64,000 bases of DNA, taken from the NCBI RefSeq assembly GCF_964204645.1, contig NC_134030.1, forward strand, positions 5,932,778 to 5,996,777, read 5' to 3'. The notes below the pieces were generated by a model, which searched no databases, had not been told where the DNA came from, and saw only the letters and a list, made by a program, of their open reading frames with translations. The position numbers and the translations under genes are program-made. Below, one piece after another: positions 1-15,020 of this stretch. Each line of letters opens with the position of its first letter. Position 1 is the stretch's first letter. The DNA is from Tubulanus polymorphus (lineage: Eukaryota > Animalia > Nemertea).

Positions 1-1945
1 AGTCCACGATTCAACGCACCCGCCTTGTCGTTCATCTTCAATTGCCAACGCCTGCATTTTATATCCACAGTTTTCCCGAATAAGATTTTAACTTTTTATT
101 CTTAAAACAAGGAATTTTTCCTCCTGTCTATTTGACTAATTTGACTAATTTTGACCTGATTCGCTAACAAATCCGCAACATCTACCGGGAACGAAACAAA
201 TGTTTTATTTACAACATCTACCCACAGCCCTTTAGATGCGCACATCCATATAGACCTATAATGTATGTGCGTTTAGTGTCAATGAATGAATCATAATTCA
301 ATATTCATCTTAGGCGCGTAGATAATGATAGACGAATAGATTTAGCTTTTATCACTAAAGAAATAATTTGAAAAACCTTAATTAACACCTTCATTTATAA
401 ATGACAAATGAATGCCTCGATAAGAGGGTAAGAACTGTCATATCATTTATGAAACTGTTGGTTGTAATTCAGGTTGCTAATATTAAAAACAGCAGGGGTA
501 AATAACGTACTGCGCAGACGGTACCGCCGTAAGAAGATAATAAAGTCATTCGTAAATTAACTGCGAATTAATAATGTCGACTTATGTAATCACGACGTAG
601 TCCACGACAATTGTTAATTCATTTGCGAAACAGTTGCACAAGTGCTATAGACACCGATGTGTAATTTTCACCAAACCAACGCCCCGATGGGATACTAATA
701 CAAAATATGCCAATTAATTTGTCGTTAGCCTTTGCATCCCATGAGACAATACGCGTAAAATCATTTTTGATTGAAAATACAAAATTGATTAAACTTCATT
801 TCATGATGGTAATTGCATTGTTGTTGTTTTTTTTGTAATTCTATTTATGCATTTGACATTTCACATATTTCCGATCCAGATTTTTTGGGTGTTTGAAAGA
901 AAGTTATACAACTTCCGATGAGTGAAAGTTCATAAGAAAAATTAATAGCCGATTATTGATAACAGGATATTTTCAATCAGAAAAAAAAATGAAAAGGTAA
1001 AGAAGTAAATTTTTTCGAAACCGATTTCTTCGTGTTCCGCTTTAGATGGAAAACCTGCTCGAACGTGAATTACCACAGCATTTTGTCGAGTGGCAGAAGG
1101 CTTCCGCGAACACGTTTTTCACAAAGGGCTATCGTAGATCATTAAAAGACGCGCGTAAAACGTCCAGGGACAAGTATCCGCAATTTAATTAGCGATTTCG
1201 TTTCTTGAGGGAATTAGTTACTGAAAGAGCAGACGCGAAGCGTAAATGGCACTGAAGGGCTAACGAATGATTTTCATGTAATTACACACCGATCAATTTA
1301 TTTCTTGATAAAACATTAGCTTTGGAGATTTGATAAGGTCTTAATCGCGTTTAACGCGTCTTTTAGCGCCTCGAAATAAACCTACCGCACTTAATCTAGT
1401 CGCTTTGATCGAATAAAAGAGACGAAATAGTGCGTTTGACGGACACCCGCTTTCGTCGTAGTATATAGCGCGCGCATGAACACCGTCTTACGCACAGGCG
1501 CAATTAGCCCGTACGTTGCGCGATAATAACGACAACATTATCATAACAATTGACAGGCGTATCAATGCGCCGACCAATGGACATATATGACAACCCGTGA
1601 GTGCCAAAATGAGCAAATAACCTCTGATCATTGCATCGAGAGTAAACAACACTTTATGACTCTCCGTTCGCTGATATTTATCTTGTCAAGTTTTGTCCGA
1701 ATCGTCGAATCTTACAACTTCACGGATTTTCCAAGACGATTTTTTCGCAAACATCTCTAACTTCAAGTGGACTACTAGAATACTGTCATCGATTACAGTA
1801 CTGATATAGAATACTTATCGTTGTATACCAGAACGAAAATCGTCAACGTCTTAGAAGTGACATCGGACTGTTCTTCGTTCGACTTCGTTTCGAAAAGGTC
1901 TTCAAATTTCTTATCGAGACGAAAAACTAGACATCTTTATTCAGA

Positions 1946-2192
1946 ATGAGCGCAGCATTTCCCGATCCTCACTCGGCCCACAGGACGACGTCGTTTTTTA
2001 TCGAAGATATTCTTCTGAACAAACCGAAGCAGATGTACCGTGATTTTCCGCACATGATGCCCAGGACTCCGCTGGCCGAATACGCAAGTTACTACATGAA
2101 CCCGGCAGCCTTGTTACACCACCACGCAGCACTGGCATCTCATCCTTACCTGCCGAAACCGGGAGATCATCCTTTCCTCATTCCAACTGCAG
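1946..2192 (+). CDS. BSX: Brain-specific homeobox protein (Bsx/Bsh), coding exon 1 of 3
   Basis: ATG at 1946. Engrailed-homology-1 motif TTSFFIEDILL and a HPFL-containing segment typical of the Bsx N-terminus. Ends CAG|GTAAGT (GT at 2193-2194), phase 1, compatible with exon 2. Confidence 0.93.
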
Positions 2193-5100
2193 GTAAGTTA
2201 AAGATAACCCGGCTTTTTTCTTATTGAAATAGCGAACGCTATTCTTTAATAGTCGTTTCCTCTCCGTGAATATTGTCAAAAATATATTCACGAAAGGCTT
2301 CGGAATTGTATGTAAATCGTCTTAAGAATTTCTTTACTACCCCTTCTTTGGTTATTTTCAAAATACATCGTGCTTAGATAGATCTTCAATTATTCTAGAT
2401 AGAATTCCATAATTTTCACGCGCATCACTAGTACATTTTTCGATTTGGTTTTAACTTACAACTTAGGATTTTTATCACCGTGCTATGTGATAAATGACAA
2501 CTATCGAAAATTCGTAGAATTTCAGAGAGTAATCATAAAAAATCTTTGGAAATGTCTTCTAACTTTTGAATCACAAACTCATCATTGCAATGAAAGTAAT
2601 CTCGGCATTCTCAACTTAAAATCGGGCTATATTTACTTCGATGAATAACCTTCCATCTTCGAAATATAATAATTAAATGCTAGCTTGCGATAACGCCTAA
2701 CTGATCATTAAGATATCACTTCAAACACGAAACACTTCCTCAAGATTGTTCATCAATTCAGCCATATGCTCATGAAAAAAACCTGTTTTCTTAACTGCCT
2801 CAAGGTGTTTTATCTCACTCCAGCGCGCGCGAGTCAGAGCGTGCTAGAAAAAATTGCCGACGATGTCAAAACTCGGGCTACGCCAATAGAGTCCCTCTGA
2901 TCGTTTGACCTATATTAATACAGGCTCCAAACTTTTCCAAAATGGCTACCGTTGTCGACACAAGGCATTGGATAGTTTCGGCGCGCAGTGTTAATACCAT
3001 GAAATCGAAAAAATTACCCGTTATACATTTAACCGTGAATTTATTTGTAAATCTCGGAACTAATCGTGTTTTATTGGATATTCAAGATTATTGTCCAATT
3101 TTCGATAGTTTCATTAAATACCGTTCTTTTTGGGATGGCGCAATTCAAAACACGTTTACGGATTATCACCATCAAATGAAGGTAATTTTCGACACATTAT
3201 AGGTCCCCTATAGCATTCTGCATAACACCTCGTGAAATATTTCGTTTGCACGTTTATGTAGGGTGCTAATGGAAGCCCAGAAGTCACTATTTCTTTGTTT
3301 TGCTGGTCATTTCTGAGCGACGAAGTAGGTCAACTTTAGACCAGACAGCTAAATTACTATCGGTCAAAGCAATCAGTCTGTCTAATTGCGCACTAAGACG
3401 CTATTACCTAACAATTGAAATCGTCTCAATTCGACTAGGAATAGATCGACCATTGAAATTCCAGCTCGTTATGAATAACGTCCTACTACTTTAGGATGAC
3501 ATACAAACTTCTATGAGACTCATTTCGGAATCTACCGTCGATGGGAATTTTATAACTATAGGCCAGCAGCTAGAAAAGACGCCATTTTGTGCGTTCGGAC
3601 ATTTTAGGTGAGAAATTCGGTTAAATTTCCCTACATTTATCAGATGTATATGAACTGTATCTCCTCCGTACCAAAGATTTCGCGCAGCTTACTGGATTTT
3701 AGATCATATAGTTGGTTTAAGGTAACGATTCTTTGATTTAATAACTATGGAAGAAATTGTCATTGCTTTCCCGGCGTGGTCAAACAAAGTGACGAAATTC
3801 GCCTTTAAATGCAACGATATCCATAGTATCGATTGATCACTGTATTTTGATGTTAGGATACAAGATGGAATAGATTAGGGTGAGACAAATATCTAAGTCT
3901 TTGAAATTGAACCGATTTTTGCGTTATAATGATATTCAAACTAAATTCATTCACCTCTGGATAAACTAAAATGATGAGTTAAACGTCCATTTGCTCGGTC
4001 ATAGTATGCACCGATTGGGAAAAAGAAATGATTCATTAAAGATCGAGGGATTATGTATTTCGTTTGAACCAAATCAACCAATATTTTCGGCATGAAAAAT
4101 ATTCGTTTTTATGTATGATTTTCCCTATACAAATTGTCTCGTAGATAATATACAACTAGCTTATACAAATATCTTGGTGTCTGATATAAGATTTATAATC
4201 TACAATATTTTGGTTAATTAATACTAATATATAAACCTTGTAAGGAATTAGAGTTTCGTTTGAATTAAATCTACCAATATTTTCAGGATGAAATATATTC
4301 GTTTTATCGATAGGTTTTCGTATACGAACTTTCTCTTAGATATTTGTGTACGACAAAGGCTTATGAGCTACCGAGGCGATGAGAATATGTTGTTTATGTT
4401 ATATGAGTCATATCCTACGATATATTGTTTATACCAGGAAATATCATACAATATGATGACTTCGATTTATCAATTATAATTACGAAAACGTAACTATTAG
4501 GAATCCGTCACGTATAACAAGTTTCACAGGTTTTTTATTCCTTTTTACATATTTCATGAAATTCAAATAATATATGGTCGAAATCAGTTGATACGATCCA
4601 AACAATATTGTCAAAATAGTTGATATGATTGAAACGATAGTGTCAAAGGCCTTTATATTTCTTTTCAACGTATGTTACGAGGGTTTCTGTAAATTTTGCC
4701 TAAAAATGTTTTTAACGAATTATAACGATTTATAACGAATACAGTTCAGCTGTTGGGATGTTTTTTGCTATAAGAAACTCTATTCAGAGTTCAATCCCAA
4801 ATTCTGACGATCTTATAGAATTTTATTGTCGCTAAGATTCCTTGTGTACGCGCTCAGTGACCTACAGTTAGTTATATGCAAATTTTGAATCATATTCACT
4901 ATTGTCGAGAATCTACATGGGCGTGTTTATACGCGACGATAATCCGCGCGTGAAAACTGGACATCCACATCTCGTAAGAAATCAATCTCCTTCGTCTCCA
5001 ACATCTGTAACAACGTTTCGTGCTAATATTCACCAACAAAATCGACGACAGTCACGTAATGCGAATTCACGACGTATTTCGATGATAAGAGATGAGCAAC

Positions 5101-6744
5101 GAAATTATGAAAATGCGATAAGTTAAACGTTTTAGAAGATAACGTTAGATGAAATGAAGATTTGATATTACTATTGAATGAGTAATTTCTTTAAATTAAT
5201 GTCGTTTTAGCAGTATACTTTCATCAAGTTATCACTTTTATTTCACAAATGGCTCGAACATGACGGCATTTAAGATCGAACCAATTTACTTAAAACGATT
5301 TATACATTAAACCTATAAAGCTTTCTACCAGAAACATTAATTACTATAAAACCGTTCGCTGCCTGTGGGTTATTTTTTGTCGAAAATTGTCGGAATTGAA
5401 TAGATAATTACGCGCAGTCGCTGAGGATTAAATCAAAACGATATCTAAAAATTTGTGTTTAGGTTTTGAAAGCTAAATTTCGTTGTGTCAATTAATTTTC
5501 GTTCCGTCTTTTCGTCACGTTGTCGCCTTTAATTCAAATCTTCGTTGACTATTGAATTCAAATGCAAATAGATCGGTCGTCTTTGTGTCCTAATCCGGCC
5601 CTAAGTCGCCACGTCATTATAAAGTATAAATTTGCCTTTCCCTATAAATTTAACTGACGAATTACGCAAATACCTGTTTTACATATTCTCAAATGTCTTC
5701 TTGCTTCTTTTTATCGATCGTATTATGTTTAAATGAATTTCCTTTTGTGGTTTTCTATATAAGAATATGATGCTAGCTTTTTAAAGTAATATTTCTGTAG
5801 GGAATATTGTGTATAGCTTATTTTTTCAATTCAATTACATTTTTATCCTTTTCTTTCGCCTTGCGTATTTTGAGCAATATTCACGAAGGATGTCATTTTC
5901 AACTTATCTGCAAGTTGATACCGCTTAGAAGGGGACTTGTAAGGGGAAGATTTTTCATGATTTTCGATTCAACGATTTCTAGAATACACAAATTTAACGG
6001 AGTTTAACGAATTGAAATTTATTTCAAAAGTTACGTAAACTCTCTGAGATTGTCCGGGAGGGCTTGCGCAACTTGCGGTGCGAGGCGAGGCATAGCAACG
6101 CAACCGCTTGTGCTGAGTCTACTGCAGACTGCGGGATTAGGATATCGGATTAGATCTCAGCGATTCGAACGGAAGATGCGCCGAAGCGTTTGGTCGAGGT
6201 TTAAGCTTGTGCGTTTATATGTATATATGTATAAACGAATTGATTAGCCGATCCACTCTGTCTCTCTATCTAACCGAAACTATTATCGAGTTGGCATGTC
6301 GCCTCTGCAACCGAGTTATGATATTATATCGTACATTATCCACTGAAGCGCAAGATAAACGGCAGATAAGCGTCGCCGACTGCAACCGGATATGCTTGGA
6401 TTGCCAGCGAATTGTAATTAATTTATACGTAATTCGTCTTGTAGATATGTGACGTGTTGAGTAACCGCTATCAGATAGGATAACACTGCGCATATTAACA
6501 TGGATGTCCCTCCCTTCATTTCCTCATAAAATAAAGCTTCAATTTGATAATTAAGCTATGAATTTCCTGGACTCCAATCCTAGAAATACAACTGTCACAG
6601 TAAACTCACATCAACCATTTTACCAAGGTGTTTTTCATTTATTGTTCTGGAAAATTATTTTCCGAAAAAGGTCGCGTATTTGTTTTGTAAATGATTTGAA
6701 GATGGATATTATCTTGATCATCTATGATACGTCATTAAGTACTT

Positions 6745-6790
6745 CCTTGGAGTAATCATTTGACGAATGATACAAATGATTACTCCAAGG
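6745..6790. mobile_element. 46-bp perfect hairpin insertion with direct-repeat flanks (micro-MITE-like) in Bsx intron 1
   Basis: CCTTGGAGTAATCATTTG-N10-CAAATGATTACTCCAAGG (18-bp perfect inverted repeat), flanked by TACTT on both sides (6740-6744 and 6791-6795). Confidence 0.6.
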
Positions 6791-7890
6791 TACTTCTCAC
6801 TTAGAAAACGGAGACAAGAAACGCTGACATTTCATTAATTGGCATCCACGTTGTCGGCGATTTTTGTTATCTCCAGTCCCTGTGGACTTTTTTAAGAATA
6901 CGGAATCATTTTAAGCCGTAATGAGCAGTTGGAACGTGCGGTACTTCAGTGGTGTCTTTCCAGATGGGACTAGACCGTCATATTATTCACTTGAACTCGT
7001 AACGGATAGGTTTCATTTTCAGTGAAGCGTCGTTCTGCTCTCCATTCACACCTGGGAATAGTCGCCAACAGTGAAACTCGTGCTTTATTATCTGCAATAA
7101 GTTGTATCATGGACTCTAATGTGATCTTCATTTTAGAGGCCGTGGTTGTTTGCCTGATTCGTGTCAAAAATCTTGGGAATACCTTATTCAGCCACACCCA
7201 CTTAAGCATCGTACGATATCTAACCCGTTTTATATTATTACGAAACGATTCTTAAAGTTATTTTCATATTTATCAATATTATCGAATTAAGTGCAAAAGC
7301 GCCGTGTAAGACATCTGCTACCTTTGAATTTAGGCCACGTGGTCACTCCGTAAGCTAGCTCCACCACACGGGGACGCGGACCATCTCCTACTTGCCGCAG
7401 TAGGCTTCGCCGTAAAAACTCGGCAACCTCTCGGCGTTGGCTAGCATACGACAAAGTCGACGTTGTATGGAACCGGTAATGAAATTACTCGTAGAACCTT
7501 ATCACGGAAAATAAATTCAATTATTGAATAAGTGGCCGAGATTTCTGAGTGAAACAGCGCGATCTTCTAATTGCCAATAATTTAGTCATTTCGCACCGGT
7601 AATTGCTTCTTGGTCGTAGCCGATGTTCAATCTCGTTCTAAACAAACCCGCACACAGTTTCTAAACGTAACTTCTGGAAATCAGGACACAAAGAAACGTT
7701 ATAGCCGCTTCCCATCCGAACAATGTTAATTACACTCCGAAATATTCCCGAGATTAATCAGTTCAAACGTTCATTAAAACTTTTCTGTTTCAACGCGTAT
7801 ATATAGTGACTATAGAACCATCTCAGCACCGCTGAACTTATTCTATGACAAAAAGGGCGATATTTGCATGCTTATTATTATAATCATTAA

Positions 7891-8211
<321 letters not shown>

Positions 8212-8279
8212 TAGATGCTTCTATATCCGTCACAAAGTGGTCCGAACCAAGTGGTGGGTGGGAAATAGTGTGAAGTAGT

Positions 8280-8318
8280 AGCGCCTTCTAGCGGATTGTC
8301 AGCAGCGCCATCTAATGA
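8280..8318 (-). promoter_or_regulatory. Two tandem CTCF-like motifs in Bsx intron 2
   Basis: The minus strand reads CCGCTAGAAGGCGCT (8280-8294) and TCATTAGATGGCGCTG (8303-8318), resembling the CTCF core CCASYAGRKGGCRS. Confidence 0.45.
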
Positions 8319-10829
8319 CATTTCATATCGAAAACTACTGGTCGATTAATGAAACAAAGAAAAACTCATGATTTATCTATACTAATTCATTTTATTTGTG
8401 GCGAAAGCGTTTGCGCGTTATTAGTAAGCTAGTATCCGAGGTCATCCTGTATTCTGCACCGTTTCCCCTCACTCACCAGGGTATCATTCATGTTTAAGTT
8501 ACTGTACAATGCATCATTCCCTCCTCGTGTCATAATGCGAAGCCTTTTGACTCTTTTCCGATGTTCCGTTTGTTTCGCCGCATCCGTCATTTTCATCCAG
8601 GCAATTAGCACCTGATATACACGGAAACTGTTCGAATCCTATACATTTCCTTACATTGCTGTCTACTTATGTGATTTATTTATACGACTGGACAATTGCT
8701 AACGAGGAACATTGTAATGAACTGGCAGACGGTTTAAATATTCAAATAGTTTATCTTCGGTATAAATCGAATGGTGATAACAACAGTTTCTGATGGGAGA
8801 TGAATTCAATTGTACCGGGATCTTATACAAAGCAAAACATCGAATTGTATTCTCTCGAGTCCCTAGTTTTCTTTAGTTTGGTTTGCAATACATAGGTAGT
8901 AAGACCGCGGCGTCGAACTGTTAGAGAAATCGTTACCTTTTAGTACATCAACCTTGTGTTCGAGGACTCATTATACCATTAGCTATTGTCTTAGGACACG
9001 CGGCAGGAAAACCATAGCATAATATATTTACCACATACAGATGAAATCGATGTCTTTTGTTTCTGACTGATTGTATAACGACCGTACTCTTTAGACACTC
9101 GTAATTGTCCGAGCGTAGCCGTATTAGCGGCCATTCAGATGCTCAGATCAGCCGGTCAAACCGGTAAAGGGTCGAGGGTCGCTGAGTGACCAGTCCAAGA
9201 GAATCGCTTCTCCCGGACTGGACACGATAGAATCTTTGTAACCCATGGCAATCATACCAGGGATGTATCTTCATTTCTGATAATTCTAAGTGGTTCAAAA
9301 TTTACGATTGATATTTCTCATTCGTTTCAATTACCGGTTGCGAATTCAGCTATAGTGTATAAGTATTCAAATTGATTTTCCTACCGATTTTCAATCATCA
9401 ATTGAAACATCAGGTCGTGATTATTCGTTCTCGTTTTACGTAGAAGGGTATAATAACAGATTAGCGAGTGTCCACGGCACGGGAGTTCATCGACGTTTCG
9501 GCGCAGGTGATATTTATCTCGATTGTTCTCACCGCAGTTCCGGCTCCACGACGCCTTGAAATATCGACGCGTAACCGGAGTCAGCTCACCTCTGGGATGG
9601 GCGTTGTATACGAGCGCATTCCAATCGGCGCATAGATTTTCCAAACTCATTACGGTTCGTTAATTGTCTTAATGGTTCAAGTAACAGCACCGTGATGGTG
9701 TAATTTTCCCCCACGAACTCTACCCGGACGCGGATACTTGAAATCTATTATTGCAGACTAAGTCGTGAGTACGCGCGCCGCCCGACCAGTTTGCCCACGA
9801 GCGATATTATTCTTATCTATCGACTGGCCATAAGCGATATGTGAAAGTACCGCAGTCAAACCCCAGTGTCGGCGCTAATCGACCGTCGACCATAATTCTA
9901 CAAACTAGCACAGAAATTAGTTATTAGTCAATGACTAATAATCGGGAAGTTTTCGAGATTTGATGCTGCGCTTTGCGGGATATCTGGCATTTCTCCTGCG
10001 CGTGCTATTGTTTAGGCTCAAGGCAATGACGTAGGAATCTACGTTTGTTCGTTGAGATGGCAAAATAACCAGAATTCTATAAATAAAAAGAAGCATTTTC
10101 CATTACAAGGATGGGGTGATTTACAATATGATATTAAGTAGAACACCCCGCTACCATTAAACCGCATAATCTTTTCAATCAGATTGCTCGCAAAGAAATA
10201 AACAGCAAAGGTTAGAACCGGGAACATTAATAATCATAGAACGCGAGATCGTGTAATTCACCCCGTTATTGAAACTAGCTATTGTTAATACTACTGAATA
10301 GAAGCGATTAAGAAGCGTTTAAGACACCGGTCGTTAACCAGTTCTGACGACAGCGAACACCGACAGGACAGTTTTAACGGTCACTCGTTACAATAAGGGG
10401 AGTGCGGCGGAACATGTTTTAAGCTATTTAACATGTTAATAACTCATCCGCAATGGCGATTAAAAGTATTTAAGTGTAAATTGATCATTGTAACAGACTC
10501 GGCAGAGGAGTTTTATGACTCGCGTTTGGCCAATTGAAACTAATAACTTCGCGCCACTTAACGTCGCTTCGTTGAACGGTCTTTTGTCGCCGATAAAAAT
10601 AAGATTATCCCGTGTGTACACGAACGCCCGCAGTTGCGTTGAAAATATTTAAATAAACACTTAAAACGCATTTATATCGCATGTACAAAATCGATTAACG
10701 ACCAGTGGGGTGTCAAATGAAATTTCTCAGTTTAACCATTTTTGAACGAGCGCGTCATAATTCTAACAAACTAAATCCGTTTTCATCGATGCTTATTCTT
10801 AATTTCGTCTTTCATTTCGTGTCTTGCAG

Positions 10830-11234
10830 GTGAAAACGTGGTTTCAAAACAGACGCATGAAACACAAGAAGATGCAACGTAAATCGTCGGACGATCCGGA
10901 AAAGTCCGAAGATAAATCGGATACCGAAGACCTGCACAGTTCACGGGAAGACGACAACGTAAACGACAACGAAAGCGAGATCAGTATAGGCAGCCCTAGT
11001 CACGAACGATGCCTTGACGAGGACGACGGAGATGATGACGTCACGACGACGTTGCGCGATCCTGTCGCCAGGTGTCTCCCGATTCCGATCATGTACGCGC
11101 ATTCGCAGAGCAGCAGTAGCGGAAATAGCACGGCAGCAGCGACGATCACAAATCCGCCGATAGCGCATATGAACTCGGCCATTCAACCCACTTCTTCGTC
11201 ACACGGGGGCGCCAGTGGTCGTATCTCGACGTGA
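10830..11234 (+). CDS. BSX: Bsx coding exon 3 (helix 3 VKTWFQNRRMKHKK, acidic and Ser-rich tail)
   Basis: Polypyrimidine tract and ttgcag| acceptor. In frame with exon 2 at the classic Q/VK homeobox intron position. TGA at 11232-11234. The spliced CDS is 247+185+405=837 nt (278 aa). AATAAA at about 11278. Confidence 0.96.
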   Translation: MKTWFQNRRMKHKKMQRKSSDDPEKSEDKSDTEDLHSSREDDNVNDNESEISIGSPSHERCLDEDDGDDDVTTTLRDPVARCLPIPIMYAHSQSSSSGNSTAAATITNPPIAHMNSAIQPTSSSHGGASGRIST

Positions 11235-12921
11235 TGAGTATGTGAATCCGGGCGAACATTACCCTGAATCTCGAGTCAATAAAACAAAGTGCTATTGGAA
11301 CATTTCATTTAAGAAAGAAAAAGAAAATTATTTGATCTTATGTACATTGTGGAAGTGGATTGAGCCAACACATTTTATCATGTCATTCCTAATAATGAAA
11401 TTTTATTGCATTTAATGAGTGACTTTTTACACTGACGATCAGCACATTCTCCTGTGTTTGTATAAGAATGTTTCCACAAAACGAGAACTTTTAAATGCAT
11501 GTTTTATACAATTTATTCACCATTACTGATGACGTGTTCATGTTATAGAAACCCCGAAAATGCCTATGATTTTAACCGTGTACCGCATGTTAATGACAAT
11601 GAATATCAAAGAATTGGAATTTAGATATAACCGGCGAAATATTGTGAAATACTGTATCTAGGTTTGTATATTCTAGCGAAAAAATCTATCTGACTAGAAC
11701 AAAAATCGTATTATAATTTTACAGCTAGGCTACAACTGCTCAAACGTATGATCGTAGATTTAATTTGAGAATATCTATCACAAATGTTATTTTGAAGAAA
11801 ATTAAGATGTTCATTAGAAGCAGAGTTCAAAATATTCGGTGTAGTCAAATATATCCACAAATGTCGGAAGCGAATTTTTTAAACACCGCTGTTTTGTTTA
11901 GTTTAAATCCACGATTGAAACTGTTTAACCTCTTCATTCGGGTCGAGATCCATCATTCGTTTGAAAATTCCAGTTAAATAAAAATTCCAGTCGTTCGTGA
12001 ATATCAATAATAAATCCAGTTTGTGTATCCATTGTTAAAGAAAAAAAATCTCCTTAATCCTATCCGAAAAAGCGGCAACAAACACTTGTTAAAATACGAA
12101 GATTTTTGATAATCCTTAATGATTTAGAATCGCTGTAAGTATCACTCGTCACAGCAGCGAAATGAGATCCCTCGGGTTCGCATCGTCTGCCAGTGCGCTG
12201 CGGAGAACCCGCCGTGTGAATGTGAGGCAGATCAATAGAATCCTAAGCACATAACGAGTTAACGAGCGTGTTCCCATAGAAAACTAATCCTCTCCGGCGC
12301 GCATGCGTAATCGTCGTGCTAAACGGCCGTACGTTGATGTTGTTGTCTCTGTGTGAAATTTCGTCCCATTTTAGATTGATTAACGCAATATACTGCATGC
12401 ACGACATATTTATAGAGAAAATACACAAAAAAAACCTTATTTAAAATATACGTAAATAACGTAAAAACCACTTTTGTTTAATTTAATACCACTGCGAACC
12501 ACTAATACGAGTACTGACCTGCATAATAATGCTATCGAAAAAATGTTGTAACTGTACAGATATATATCGTTTACGTGTAAAATATGTTTATATGAAATAA
12601 TAAATTCATTTGTTACGAATTAAAAGAAATACAATGCGTTGCTGTTGTTTTTTTACAGTCATGTGTCAAAATTTTGAGATTTTCTTCCCTGATCAGTATG
12701 TCTCTAATGAGGTAGACTCATAGAGTTAAAACCAATACGTTTTCGGGGCGTGTTTTTTAAAGGAAAACATGTTAAACCAACCGTAATTTTCACTAAGACT
12801 ATACAGAAGCCCGACAAATAACTTAGAAAAACCAATCCGCAGCTGTATGGGATGTCGATATCTAAATCTATCAAAGGACGAATAGGGAAGCACGATGTAT
12901 TGCAATTCTTAATGGTAAGCC

Positions 12922-12960
12922 CATGGACGTATGATAGTATTTATCTAATATACGTCCATG
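12922..12960. repeat. Short palindromic element CATGGACGTAT...ATACGTCCATG; related copy at 48619-48648
   Basis: 11-bp perfect inverted repeat. The second copy is ATGGACGTATAAACTAGTTTATACGACCAT. Confidence 0.55.
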
Positions 12961-14910
12961 ATTAGCCTAAATATACAGACGGCCAATATTAGTCATCAGT
13001 AAGCATGAATGCTACAGAAGTAATTTGTGATGCAGGGTGTCAGAGAAGAAGATTGAAAACTTAAAACTTGCAACCAAATACAAGTATTTCAATGGAAGGA
13101 TCTTTTGAATCAATTGAAGATCAAGTGTAGCCTAAAATAGCTTTTGTTTTTAACGATAGATAGTGTTACTTAAATACATAATAATCATTCTTGAGAAATC
13201 TCTTTTTTGACAAAGTAGGCTACGCTTGATCTTTTATGTCTTGGATCTGATACAAGTTTTATCATATTTCCCTCGCTGTACTGTTATGGCACTGCATTGA
13301 TGCAAAATGGCGATACTTATTATCTTATTCTCAGTTCACACAAGAATAAAATGATAGAATAGAGAGCTATTTCATGAACACGATGTGAAAACCGTCTAAA
13401 TTGATATCGATGAATCTCTACAATGAAATAAATAGTCTTAATGAACTATATTGGATATTCCCACGAGGTATCAGATATTCAACCGATTTCAATCAATTCA
13501 AAGAGTATCGATGGCGATTGTGAAGCGTATTTTCGAACTAAACTCCGATCACGAGGATTCTTACACATATCGAGTTAAAAGCCTTTTACGACTAATGCGA
13601 GACACATTCAGTCGCTGAACGCGCACATCACGGCAAATAGATTTAAATTATCAAGAAATTATCTGAATCGACCGGCGTGTAGATTGTCCGTCGCGTATTG
13701 ATTCGAAAGCGTTGAAAGCCCAGTAACACGCTGAACCTTGCGTCACTAATGGCGAACACTTATCATATATTCGCATGGTACAACGTTCCCATTCAACGGG
13801 CGTTGTCAAACCGTCTCTTGTCCCAGGGCATTTTTGCTACGGAACCCGACGCTGAAAGGGGAGATAACCCTTTATGTCGGTGATTATTGATGCCTTCATT
13901 AATTGATCGAAGAGTCAGTTCTCCTTTCATTGTAATCAATCGGGGACAATCTTTAGTTTGATTGTAACGTGTCGTCTGACAGTAACCTGTGTACTATTAT
14001 CGAAGGCCCGGGTTTATATCTCGCTAAACTCCTAAATTCGATATTTGCATTTGCGAAAATAGTGTATATACTATTAAGCATTTAGAGTCGTGTAATATCA
14101 AAATTGATAACTTTCATAAGCAAATTTTAATATGACGTTAAATTCGAAGCCTTTGTCGTAAAACCGCGAGAATTTGGCATCAAATTTGAATTTGAATCAT
14201 GTTTAACGACCACGCAGTCAACTATTCTAGCTTCTTAAATCAGCCGTGGGCAACCGCTTAATGAGCCAAATTGCATTGCCGAGGGCCTGGCCACCGGCGC
14301 ATAGACTCTGAGTATAGGGTCTCGATTCATCGCAAAGGTGCTGAGCAGGGCTCCCTCGGAAGGAAATCATTAGTTTGATGACCCTTGCTGCGATTTATTA
14401 TAACCCAAAACACAAAACACGCGCGCCACGGATTAAAATCTGTACGCGTTTTATGATTATAATATTCGATATCGTTTCGAAATCTTAGAAATGTAACCTC
14501 TTGAATATCGACCAAGCGGATTATCATTATCCCTGGTAACGTACTATCTTCAACACTGTACTAATCCGACGTTAGAATATGAAGTGTCAACACAAAGAAA
14601 TCTGATTTGACGCGGATTACATCTTAAAGTAGACAAAGTGATGATTTGGTCGCAAAAGGAAATTGGGAAATCGTCCTATTCCAATAGTATATAATAGACG
14701 ACCATCTCTAATGAATCTAGCTCCTCTCTCACCACCGTCCAATTCTCAAGTTGAAGATTATACCAGCCTAAACTACAAAGACTGTAAGAGATCGTCGTAG
14801 GCCTAAAAGTTGATATATCAGAAGGTTGATTTAGTCCGTCAGGGTGCCATTAATGTGTATCGGTAGCTGTTTCTCGGTGCTCCCTCTCTATGTTTTTTTT
14901 CTGTCTCCTA

Positions 14911-15020
14911 GGCCCGGTTTGATAGACTAGTTTTAACATTAACCTTGGGGCTGACTTAATTCATTTTCAATTGAGTTAACCCCAGGACTAAAGATAATAC
15001 CAGTCTATAAAACCTTGGCC
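14911..15020. mobile_element. About 110-bp palindromic MITE; related partial copy at 52049-52130
   Basis: Imperfect TIRs GGCCCGGTTTGATAGACT / AGTCTATAAAACCTTGGCC, flanked by TA. The internal GAGTTAACCCCAGGACTAAAGATAA resembles GAGTTATCCCCCGGGTTAAAGATAA at about 52105-52129. Confidence 0.6.
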
